Below are positions 7,688 to 16,394 of a stretch of DNA of 28,359 nt, piece after piece; positions within the stretch are counted from its first letter, which is position 1; every line of letters starts with the position of its first letter. Made by a program: the position numbers and the translations under genes. Origin of the DNA: Promethearchaeota archaeon (lineage in GTDB: Archaea > Asgardarchaeota > Lokiarchaeia > Sigyniarchaeales > SOKP01); the NCBI GenBank assembly GCA_013375475.1, contig JABXKD010000035.1, forward strand, positions 1 to 28,359, read 5' to 3'. A model generated the notes under the pieces. The model was not told the origin of the DNA. It did no database searches and saw nothing but the letters and a program-made list of their open reading frames with translations.

Positions 7688-8747
7688 CGTTAAACACATT
7701 AATTAGGTTTAGTTTTTTTTTAAGCTCTTTCAAAATATTATCTACTTTTTTATCTTTGATCCAGTATCTTATTTTAGAATTACTTAACAATGACTGAATT
7801 TTTTCGTTCAATTCATATAATTCTTGTTTTTCCTCTTTAGATAATTGAGGAATTTCTATTGGCTTAGATTTGCTAATTTTTTTAATATGTTCTTCTACAG
7901 TGGGGATTTCTACTTGCTCCTTTCCTTCAATAAGAGCCTTTCTCAATACTTCTTTTATATTTTTAACCCAGCCTTCTATCCAAGGATATGATCCTCTTTT
8001 TTTCGGATCAATTATCTGAATATTTTTCCTTTTAACCACAATTAAATCGTCGGGACAAGAATTTTCGCATGCTCCACAATAAAAACAATCTTCCTCATTG
8101 CATGCAATTTTACCATATTTCATAACATCCTCTGCGCTCTCAGGAATGTAAAATGATTCCACGGGACAAATATTGACGCAAGCTTTGCAACCTTGTGGGT
8201 CGCACTTGTGTAACATATTTTTCTTAATAATTACTTCTCCTTCAATAGGACTATCGATAGAAAAACAATCTGCTGGGCACTCTTTTGAAATTTTAAAATA
8301 ATCTTGGATGGAATTACTTTCTCTTAGCGATAAACATAATTGACAAACTTCATTTTCCGCATCTTCAGTGCACTTATCGAAATCGATCTCATAGAATTTT
8401 TCGATCGTAGGAAATTCGTCCATATCAATTTGTCCTTCCGGCACAATATTTTCGTGGAATGCGTTTGTCGGGCATACTACGACACATAACATGCAATAAC
8501 AGCATTTATCGTAATCAATAAAGAGTTTTGGATTAGAATCGTCTAATATATTTTGGGCAATTTCGGGGATTGGTCCAAGTTCTATGGCATCGACGGGACA
8601 AACAAGTTTACATAAACTGCAACCTACACATTTTTTAATATCGTAGGTTAATTTTTTCTTAACATCCTTATAATGCCAATTTAAAACTAACTGATCGATA
8701 ATTACATCTAAGGTCTTTTCGATCTCTTCTTCTTTATCGGAGTTCAC
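7680..8747 (-). CDS. Polyferredoxin (FwdF-like multi-[4Fe-4S] protein)
   Basis: CVGCSLCKLVCP, CCYCMLCVVVCP, CDPQGCKACVNICP and CFYCGACENSCP, plus a degenerate central cluster motif and a charged helical C-terminus. Confidence 0.88.
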   Translation of the reverse strand: MNSDKEEEIEKTLDVIIDQLVLNWHYKDVKKKLTYDIKKCVGCSLCKLVCPVDAIELGPIPEIAQNILDDSNPKLFIDYDKCCYCMLCVVVCPTNAFHENIVPEGQIDMDEFPTIEKFYEIDFDKCTEDAENEVCQLCLSLRESNSIQDYFKISKECPADCFSIDSPIEGEVIIKKNMLHKCDPQGCKACVNICPVESFYIPESAEDVMKYGKIACNEEDCFYCGACENSCPDDLIVVKRKNIQIIDPKKRGSYPWIEGWVKNIKEVLRKALIEGKEQVEIPTVEEHIKKISKSKPIEIPQLSKEEKQELYELNEKIQSLLSNSKIRYWIKDKKVDNILKELKKKLNLINVFNDE

Positions 8748-8869
8748 TTTATCCTTTCCTGAAGTTTCAGTAATATTGATTCTCCCTAATACTTTATTAT
8801 AAATTTTCTAATTAATTTTAATTACGGAGATTAATTAATTTTAACTCTTAAATAAATCAAATTAAAAAG

Positions 8870-9397
8870 TTAAGAAAAATAGGTTTGACTTTCTTCATCG
8901 AAACCGGTGATATATTCGATTATTATCCCGTCAGGTCTTCGGTCTGGAGGGATATATGTTACTTTTAGATTTGGAATATAATATCCAATACCGTTTTCTG
9001 CTAGAATTATTGCAGGGTGATCTGCATTTTTAAAAATTTCCTTGCTTACTTTTAATGTGTCTAGTCTACATCGCCATTCATCAATTACACCTAAAGAATG
9101 AATATACTCGTGAAGAAGGATATGATATGTATACGCCCAGACAATTTCATAAGGTTGAGACTTGAGTATAATTCTAAGAGGACTTTTATTAATGACAATA
9201 TCTGTTCCAGGATGAAAATGCATTCCACCTATGAATCCGCCTTGACCCATCCCCATATCAACTAGCCCTAAAGTTAATCCCGCTCGATGGACACCACGAC
9301 CTGAAAAATTTTCAACACGGCTTAAAACTTTTTTCGCATCTTTTTTAACGGTTTCAAATATTTCGGGCATTTTTTGTTTTAATTCTTCAAGGTTCAT
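8870..9397 (-). CDS. Small archaeal HExxH (zincin-like) putative metallopeptidase
   Basis: YHILLHEYIHSLG followed by DE, and an RAGLTLGL segment. AGGAGG RBS upstream. Confidence 0.75.
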   Translation of the reverse strand: MNLEELKQKMPEIFETVKKDAKKVLSRVENFSGRGVHRAGLTLGLVDMGMGQGGFIGGMHFHPGTDIVINKSPLRIILKSQPYEIVWAYTYHILLHEYIHSLGVIDEWRCRLDTLKVSKEIFKNADHPAIILAENGIGYYIPNLKVTYIPPDRRPDGIIIEYITGFDEESQTYFS

Positions 9398-9464
9398 TTA
9401 TTTCCTCCTATATTTAATAATTATAATCTTAATAAAAAAAAGAAAGTTTTAATGATAACGAGTG

Positions 9465-10277
9465 TTAGAAGTCGAAAAACCAATCTTCATCGTCTTCTTG
9501 AAGAAAATTCATTAATCGAGATAAGTCCTGCAAGAGAGGTTTCACTTTAAAGAATCTCTCAGTTCTCTCATCGCGATCCATATTAGAGAAAAACATATCG
9601 TCTAATAATTCATCAATTCTGATTTTATTGAAGTATCTTCCGGGGTTAAAAAACATCGTAAAAAAGATTTCTTTACCCAGATTAAGATTTTTATGTATAT
9701 TTCTCTCTTCTACGCCGCCATCCTTCAACATTTTCTCTAATTTTTGTTTGTATTGATTGTTCATTATATCCTTTAATTCTAAGATAAGACATTCTTTTTG
9801 ATTTATTAAATTGCTTCGCTTACTTTCTAATTTTAGCATATCTCTCTCTATATTTCTTATCTCCTCGCCAAGAAACCTTATTTTTTGGTCGGGAGTTCTT
9901 ATTTTTGAATAGTCAATTGAGCAATCTAAATCTCTGAACTTATATGAGTCAATTTCATTAGGTACATCCGTAGCAGTGTACTTTATGTCATAATAATCAG
10001 GAGTAATATCAATTTTTACAGAAATATTACTTTTGATTCGATATTTACCACCCCTTTTTTCATCAGGATCTATATCTTCGACAATATTATTATCAATTAG
10101 TAAATTTAATTGGCTATGAATTGCTTGTCGAGATATTCCTAAGGATTTTGCTAAATCCGAAGTGGAATGTGGAACTTTAGATAACTTGGATAATATTAAT
10201 CTCCTAGTGGGACTTCCTAAAGTCTCCAATAATGAATCCAAACTAATAAATTGTGTTTTTTTAATATATTCTCCCAT
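9465..10277 (-). CDS. ArsR-type winged-HTH regulator with coiled coil, HSR1/Phr-like heat-shock regulator
   Basis: LGSPTRRLILSKL...DLAKSLGISRQAIHSQLNLL wHTH, KYRIKSNISVKIDITPD wing/strand, then a coiled coil. Lies directly downstream of cdc48 and hsp20. Confidence 0.82.
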   Translation of the reverse strand: MGEYIKKTQFISLDSLLETLGSPTRRLILSKLSKVPHSTSDLAKSLGISRQAIHSQLNLLIDNNIVEDIDPDEKRGGKYRIKSNISVKIDITPDYYDIKYTATDVPNEIDSYKFRDLDCSIDYSKIRTPDQKIRFLGEEIRNIERDMLKLESKRSNLINQKECLILELKDIMNNQYKQKLEKMLKDGGVEERNIHKNLNLGKEIFFTMFFNPGRYFNKIRIDELLDDMFFSNMDRDERTERFFKVKPLLQDLSRLMNFLQEDDEDWFFDF

Positions 10278-10303
10278 TTTAGTTACAACCTCGCAACCAT
10301 TAT

Positions 10304-12619
10304 TTACCTATACATATCTTCTGATCCTTCTGAAGATTTATCATGAATTTTTTTAGCTCTGTCAGCTCCTTTGATAATTTTATCAATTGCTTCGTCTAAC
10401 TCAGCTTGGTTTATCTCTATTTTACTGACAAGGTTAGATTTAACACTCCTAATCTTATCTTCTAATTCTTTGATATCATTAATCGATGCTTTTTGTTGCT
10501 CTAATTGCTCTAATTGCTCTTCGTAATTATGTAATTCTTGTTTTTTTTCGTTAAAAGCTGGAACATTTTTACGGATTGTTAATAATGTTGCTTCTTCGCT
10601 TATGGCTTGAATGTCAGCACCGGTGTAATCTTCTAAAGCTTCAGCAAGTTTATCATAATTTACATCTTTAGCTAAGGGTTTATTTTTGAGATGAATTTTG
10701 AAAATTTCCTTTCGAGTTTCGAAATCGGGCATCGAAATTTCAACATGTCTACCAAATCGTCCTGATCTTAATAGAGCTGGATCGAGCATATCAGGTCTAT
10801 TTGTAGCAGCTAGTAGAATCACACCTTTTAAATCTTCTAAACCGTCCATTTCAGTTAGAAGTTGAGAGATTACTTGATCTGTCACCTCTGAGCTCGCAGA
10901 TCTGCCTCTCATACCTGCGATTGCATCGATCTCATCGAAAAAGATAATGCAAGGAGAGGCTGATCTCGCTTTCCTAAAAGTTTCTCTTACTGCTTTTTCA
11001 CTTTCACCTACCCATTTTGATAAAAATTCGGGACCTTTGACTGAAATAAAATTTACTTCACTTTCGTGAGCTAATGCTTTCGCTAATAAGGTTTTTCCCG
11101 TTCCTGGAGGTCCATATAACAATATCCCACTTGGGGGTTTTGAAGATAAATGCTTATATATTTCGGGAAATTTTAGAGGCCACTCAATAATTTCTCTTAA
11201 TTGTAATTTAGCATCTTCTAAACCTCCCACATCATCCCAAGTTTCCTTAGGCTGAGAAATAACTACTTCTCTTAATGCCGAAGGTTCGATATTATTTAAA
11301 GCCGACGTAAAGTTCTCCATTTTTATTTTTAGTGAATTTAAAATTTCGAAAGGAATTGGTTTGTCTAAGTCTATTTTTGGGAGCATTTCTCTTATCGCTA
11401 ACATCGCTGCTTCCTTAGCTAATGCTTCAACATCAGCACCAACAAAGCCGTGAGTTCTCTCTGCAAGTGTTCTTAAATCAACATCCTCGAGCAATGGCAT
11501 ACCTCGAGTGTGAATTTGCAGTATTTCATATCTTCCATCAGTGTCGGGTACTCCAATTTCGATTTCTTTATCAAATCTACCTGGCCTTCGGAGAGCAATA
11601 TCAATATCATTAACTCTATTTGTTGCCCCGATCACGATGATTTCTCCTCTGCCTTCCAGTCCATCAAGTAAAGAAAGTAACTGAGCTACTACCCTTCTTT
11701 CAACTTCCCCAGTAACCTCCCCCCTTTTTGGGGCAATGGAATCTAATTCGTCTATAAATATTATTGAAGGCGCGTTTTTTTTAGCATCGTCGAAAATATT
11801 TCTTAGGTTTTCCTCGCTTTGTCCATAAAATTTACTCATAATTTCAGGACCACTAATCGTAATGAAATGAGCGTCAGTTTCAAAAGCCACAGCCCTTGCC
11901 AATAATGTTTTTCCCGTTCCAGGAGGTCCGTGCAATAATACCCCTTTTGGAGGATCTATTCCAATTCTTTGAAATAGTTCTGGATGTCTCATAGGCAATT
12001 CTATCATTTCACGAATTCTCTGAATTTCGTCTGCTAATCCACCAATATCTTCGTAACTTACCCTTGCTTTTTCTCTTTCTTGTAATTCCTTGTGCGTTTT
12101 TTCACTTAATCTAATATCCGTGTTTAGATCGATTCTAACAGCATCAGTTTTTGGTTGAAAATCAACGACGATCATATCATATCGTCTAGTACCAGAATAA
12201 AAGCTTAAAATGTCGTTTTTTGTAACGACTCTATTTTCTAATTTTTTATTTAGCTGGCTAGGATTGAATACAACGGACTCAGTCAAACTAGCAATTACAA
12301 CCATTTCTGCCAAAGCAACTTTTATTTTGCGAACTTCTACGAAATCATCAATTGCCGCATCTATATTTCTTCTTAAAGAAGTATCCAGTCTTATTGTGCC
12401 AGTCCCGCTATCTTCGGGTTTCCCTGGATATAACAATGCTGCCGTTTTAGATTTTGAAATAGGGTGAGATATTTCTATAGCATCACCTGTTTTTAAATCT
12501 AGCTTTTTCGCGACCTCAGGATCGATTCTTACTCTACCTGTAGCAGGATCGTCCTTGAAAGCGTCCTTTACTCTTAACCTAATTTCTTTTCCTTCAATAC
12601 CGCTTGAAATTCCAGTCAT
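10304..12619 (-). CDS. cdc48: Cdc48/VCP/p97-family AAA+ ATPase
   Basis: N domain, two AAA modules (GPPGTGKT twice, IFIDELD and [15 protein letters not shown] and LLRSGRF) and a C-terminal MYR (HbYX-type) tail. GGAGGT RBS. Confidence 0.97.
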   Translation of the reverse strand: MTGISSGIEGKEIRLRVKDAFKDDPATGRVRIDPEVAKKLDLKTGDAIEISHPISKSKTAALLYPGKPEDSGTGTIRLDTSLRRNIDAAIDDFVEVRKIKVALAEMVVIASLTESVVFNPSQLNKKLENRVVTKNDILSFYSGTRRYDMIVVDFQPKTDAVRIDLNTDIRLSEKTHKELQEREKARVSYEDIGGLADEIQRIREMIELPMRHPELFQRIGIDPPKGVLLHGPPGTGKTLLARAVAFETDAHFITISGPEIMSKFYGQSEENLRNIFDDAKKNAPSIIFIDELDSIAPKRGEVTGEVERRVVAQLLSLLDGLEGRGEIIVIGATNRVNDIDIALRRPGRFDKEIEIGVPDTDGRYEILQIHTRGMPLLEDVDLRTLAERTHGFVGADVEALAKEAAMLAIREMLPKIDLDKPIPFEILNSLKIKMENFTSALNNIEPSALREVVISQPKETWDDVGGLEDAKLQLREIIEWPLKFPEIYKHLSSKPPSGILLYGPPGTGKTLLAKALAHESEVNFISVKGPEFLSKWVGESEKAVRETFRKARSASPCIIFFDEIDAIAGMRGRSASSEVTDQVISQLLTEMDGLEDLKGVILLAATNRPDMLDPALLRSGRFGRHVEISMPDFETRKEIFKIHLKNKPLAKDVNYDKLAEALEDYTGADIQAISEEATLLTIRKNVPAFNEKKQELHNYEEQLEQLEQQKASINDIKELEDKIRSVKSNLVSKIEINQAELDEAIDKIIKGADRAKKIHDKSSEGSEDMYR

Positions 12620-12633
12620 AGTTAATACCTCCT

Positions 12634-13257
12634 CTAAGAATTCCTCTTTCTCATTATAATAGATACTATCCCATTATTTACTTCTAATACATGATCATCC
12701 ATCGTGGACTCGAATGGTAATCGTATTTCTTTTTCTACATTTACAAAATTGATTTCTATTGATACCTTAAGGTTTCTTCCATCCTCACCTAAACTCAGAA
12801 TAATGTGCCCCTTTTCAATTCCAGGTGCCTCTATAACAATATCGGCAAAATCTTCATGTATATTAATTTCATGATAGAGTTCTTTTGCCATAGATTTTTT
12901 GTGTTTTATATTTGGTTCTAAGGATAAAGTTCCTACATCAATAGCTTGTTTTTTTCCTGACTGTCCTAATCGTTTAAACTGCGGAAGGTTAGAAATGTTA
13001 ACCCTTTTAAAATATTCTTTAAGTTTTTTCTCATCGTAATTACCCTCAATTCTTACCTCTGGTTTATCCATGCCAGGTTCAAAATGATAAGTAACCTTAA
13101 ATGCTTTTACATTTTCATCTTTCAGATTCAAGTTTGGATCAAAATTTTGTTCAGGCATAAATAAAAAATCTACATCAAAAACATCTGAGTCTATATTAAG
13201 GTATTTCTTAATACGCTCTAAAAACTCATTATAATCATCATCATACTCATCAGACAA
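12634..13257 (-). CDS. hsp20: Archaeal Hsp20/alpha-crystallin-like small heat-shock protein
   Basis: [22 protein letters not shown]-terminal segment typical of archaeal Hsp20, [20 protein letters not shown]. The likely start is TTG at 13257, behind an AGGTGAT RBS (the ORF track uses 13287). Confidence 0.82.
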   Translation of the reverse strand: MSDEYDDDYNEFLERIKKYLNIDSDVFDVDFLFMPEQNFDPNLNLKDENVKAFKVTYHFEPGMDKPEVRIEGNYDEKKLKEYFKRVNISNLPQFKRLGQSGKKQAIDVGTLSLEPNIKHKKSMAKELYHEINIHEDFADIVIEAPGIEKGHIILSLGEDGRNLKVSIEINFVNVEKEIRLPFESTMDDHVLEVNNGIVSIIMRKRNS

Positions 13258-13281
13258 AAATATCACCTTTTTGCAAAAATA

Positions 13282-13337
13282 TGTCAACTATTAATTGTCA
13301 ACTAACTATTGTAACATTGTTAATGTAGCTATAAAAA
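13282..13337 (-). promoter_or_regulatory. Heat-shock operon promoter with a 14-bp-periodic repeat array (putative operator)
   Basis: TGTCAACTA at 13282 and 13296, TGTAAC at 13310 and TGTAGC at 13324 on the + strand. Palindrome TAACA-T-TGTTA at 13312-13322. Minus-strand TATA-like TTTTTATA at 13337-13330. Confidence 0.6.
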
Positions 13338-13491
13338 TCTGTTGTTTTTTAAAAATAAGCAGTTTACACTTAAAAACTGAATTTTAATAGCATGTTAAAT
13401 AATTTCAATAATATATATAAAATAATCGTTAAATCTACCTCAAAACGATTTCTTCTTATATATTGAATATTTTAGAATTAAAAAATTGTGA

Positions 13492-14085
13492 TTATTCAAC
13501 TAGTGATATCATTTGCGTTTTGTATATTTTCTTCAGAACAAGCTCTAGTAATTCTTCAAAGGATTGTAGGACGCCCTCACCGTATAACGCAGCGGTATTT
13601 TTAGTTTTTAAGTTTTTGTACTTAAAGCTATTGATGTTTTCTAGAAATTCTGAAGTATTAAATTTATCGTCCAAATCTTGTTTGTTAAATGCTAGAATTT
13701 TTGGTATTTTTTCAAAATCCTCTTCGAAATAATTGCATAATTCATTCCACGAGGTTAAATTCCTATAATAGGCAGATTTTTGCGAATCAGCAACAAAAAT
13801 AATTCCATCTATTGCTCGTAAAGTTATAGGTCTAGTTATAATGTAAAAGTCTTGACCAGTTGTGGAGTAAAGGTGGAGTTTAAGAAGCCACTGTTTATTT
13901 TCAAAATTTATAGTACCATAATCGAAGAAAAGAGTTCTTCGTATGCTACTTTCAATACTTAATACCCTATCTTCCTTTCCAAAATGTTTAAATAAGGATT
14001 TCAAAGTAGTGGTTTTTCCCGAAAGGGCAGGACCAAAATAACAAATTTTTAATTGAATCGTTTGGCTTAAATGATCTATTATCAT
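13492..14085 (-). CDS. MglA-like small GTPase (Ras superfamily)
   Basis: LKICYFGPALSGKTT (G1), RRTLFFDY (MglA-type switch I), YSTTGQ (non-DxxG G3), DGIIFVADS, NKQD (G4), TAALYGEGV (G5). Confidence 0.9.
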   Translation of the reverse strand: MIIDHLSQTIQLKICYFGPALSGKTTTLKSLFKHFGKEDRVLSIESSIRRTLFFDYGTINFENKQWLLKLHLYSTTGQDFYIITRPITLRAIDGIIFVADSQKSAYYRNLTSWNELCNYFEEDFEKIPKILAFNKQDLDDKFNTSEFLENINSFKYKNLKTKNTAALYGEGVLQSFEELLELVLKKIYKTQMISLVE

Positions 14086-14196
14086 CTTATATCTTTTTGC
14101 ATTAGTTTTTGTCTTATATTCTGATTTGAAGTATATTAATTTCTATTTTTTTTTACCTAAAAAAGTATAATATTAATAAGAGATATACGCAAGGAA

Positions 14197-15252
14197 TTAA
14201 GAATTCCTTTGTTTTACTTCCTTGATGACATTATATGTTCTTTTCAGTAATTCATATGCAATTTGTGGAGGATTCCATCCTTTAAGCCCACAATCAGGCC
14301 CTACGAATTTAAGTCGGTCTTCATAATGCTCAAGAGCATAAATTAAATTCTTTCTGATGAATTCTTTTGAATCTATTAAGTTCATAGTTCCTTCAAACGT
14401 TTTAAGTTCATCAAGTGAGGTTCCTGCATCCAATTTTTCAGCCATTATGCTATTAATATTCGTTCTCGTAATACCGACACGTATGAACTTATCATGCTTA
14501 TCTAAATCATTTTTTGGAATGACATTAGAATGATCAGAAGCATATTCACATGTGAGTACATCTATATTTTTTGCTTGAATTGGAATGGAGTATTTTTTTA
14601 AAGTGTGAAGGTGGATTTGGATAAGTCCATCTATTCCTTCCACAGTTGTATCAAATGCTTTAATCAAGGCATCTTCTTCAATATTAAACGTATCAACATA
14701 CCCAAATGAAGGTTCATCTATCGAGATGATAGAACTTTGAAGATATTTGGTGTTCTTTATTGATCGTTTCAATATGATGTTAAGAGACTTAGCATAATTG
14801 AAAGCAATATCAGGATATACCGTAAAACCATGCTTTCTAATGTATAATTCTATAGGTCCGGTAACACATACTTTTATTTTAAGCGCATTTCCAGTTCTTT
14901 CATAATAATCCTTCGCAAATCGTTCTAAAATAAAGAGTTCTGGAATAATAGCTTTTTTAGAATCAATCAGAGCAGGTTCAATTTCATAGTCTTCAATTGG
15001 TTTTAAAAATTGGGTATACATGTCCATATGTTGGGGATAATTTATTATTTCTACTCCTGCATTTAATTTTAGTTGAAACGATTGGAGGAAAGGATGGATA
15101 AAGAAATTATATATACCTCTATTCTCGAATATGTCTGCGTTATTTACAATTCCCTTGTAAGCAGTCCAGTAAAACTGCGTGAACTTGTCAAAATCGATAT
15201 AGTCTGGTAAAGGAAAACTGCCTACATCGTCAAATTGGGGAAATTCATCCAT
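14197..15252 (-). CDS. Core (single-barrel) cobalamin-independent methionine synthase, MesC-like
   Basis: FDDVGSFPLP, CVTGPIEL, IDEP, QIHLH, CEYA, GPDCGL. At 351 aa it lacks the N-terminal folate-binding barrel of MetE. Confidence 0.82.
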   Translation of the reverse strand: MDEFPQFDDVGSFPLPDYIDFDKFTQFYWTAYKGIVNNADIFENRGIYNFFIHPFLQSFQLKLNAGVEIINYPQHMDMYTQFLKPIEDYEIEPALIDSKKAIIPELFILERFAKDYYERTGNALKIKVCVTGPIELYIRKHGFTVYPDIAFNYAKSLNIILKRSIKNTKYLQSSIISIDEPSFGYVDTFNIEEDALIKAFDTTVEGIDGLIQIHLHTLKKYSIPIQAKNIDVLTCEYASDHSNVIPKNDLDKHDKFIRVGITRTNINSIMAEKLDAGTSLDELKTFEGTMNLIDSKEFIRKNLIYALEHYEDRLKFVGPDCGLKGWNPPQIAYELLKRTYNVIKEVKQRNS

Positions 15253-15319
15253 TAAAAATCATTCAGACAGAAACACTAATTTCGTTAATCATAAATAATC
15301 CTTTATAAAAGATATATGT

Positions 15320-16378
15320 ATGGAACAAGAACTAATTAGTAAAAAAATAAAAAGAAAGAAAAAACAGCAAATTGCTGAATTAGCGCTAGCTGCTAAAACT
15401 TCTAAGGAAAGAAACGGTAAACCATTTATATTTCACTTTCTTACAACTTTAAAATGTAACTGTAATTGTGAAACCTGTCTTTGGAAGGATAATACGAAAA
15501 CAGATGAACTATCTCTGGAGGAAATCAAACGCATTTATTCGGAAGCAAAGAAGGCAGGGTTTTTAGTAACTATTCTATGGGGTGGAGAACCTCTCATTAG
15601 AAAAGACATTATAGAAATAATTAAATTTGTTAAAAGGGAGCTAAAGTTTACAATTGTTGGGATAGTGACGAATGGCTGGTTTCTTCCAGAGAAAATCAAG
15701 GAACTTGGAGACGATTTAGATTTTATTCTGATATCTCTAGACTCCCCTAAGGCTGAAGAACATAATCAAATTAGAGGGTTGTCGGGATTGTTCGATAGAA
15801 TAATGGATTCAGTTACCATTATTAAAGAAAACTATCCATTGATTTCATTACAATTTAGCTTTTCAATTAGTAAATATAATATAAATCGCGTTGAGGAAAT
15901 GATAATTTTATCGGATAAAACTGGAATTCCTGTAGCTTTTAATGTAATAAATACTGTCCGCCATTATTCACATGGTGATATAGATGAGAAAGGCACACTT
16001 TCTGCGAGTGCTAACGATATTAGTGAAGTATTTGAGAAAATTTTAGGAGCTAAAAAGAGCGGTTCGAAAATATTAAATTCAGAAATGTATCTAAACCACT
16101 TTATTGGTGGCAAAAAACAATACATATGCCATACAAAAAAGGTTTTCATGTTTGTAAACTATAATGGAGATGTTGAAAATTGTCTTCACCTCGATAAACC
16201 TATAGCTAATTTACGGCAAAAATCTGTTAGTGATGTCTTACAACTTCCACAATTTGTTAAATTTATTCAAGAAAGCGAGAAGTGTTATAGTTGTAATTCT
16301 CCCACGATGATCGATACGAGTTATTTATGGGACGATATAAGCTTGTTAACAAAATCAGGAGGTATTTCATTTGGTTAA
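15320..16378 (+). CDS. Radical SAM protein with a C-terminal SPASM/twitch-like Cys region
   Basis: CNCNCETC (CxxxCxxC), GGEPLIRKD, TNG, ISLDS, and C-terminal Cys residues (YICH, GDVENC, CYSC). Confidence 0.9.
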   Translation: MEQELISKKIKRKKKQQIAELALAAKTSKERNGKPFIFHFLTTLKCNCNCETCLWKDNTKTDELSLEEIKRIYSEAKKAGFLVTILWGGEPLIRKDIIEIIKFVKRELKFTIVGIVTNGWFLPEKIKELGDDLDFILISLDSPKAEEHNQIRGLSGLFDRIMDSVTIIKENYPLISLQFSFSISKYNINRVEEMIILSDKTGIPVAFNVINTVRHYSHGDIDEKGTLSASANDISEVFEKILGAKKSGSKILNSEMYLNHFIGGKKQYICHTKKVFMFVNYNGDVENCLHLDKPIANLRQKSVSDVLQLPQFVKFIQESEKCYSCNSPTMIDTSYLWDDISLLTKSGGISFG

Positions 16379-16394
16379 ATCTTTATTATCTCAT

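Noticed and set aside
13282-13304. Bacterial sigma70 -35 boxes (TTGACA on the minus strand) or a CtsR box
   Set aside because: The context is archaeal with a TATA-like box. The repeat period is 14 bp rather than the 10 bp of CtsR heptads, so it is treated as an archaeal operator instead.
13282-13337. Mini CRISPR or TIGR array
   Set aside because: The units are only 14 bp with no spacers, and no cas or Nop-domain gene is nearby.
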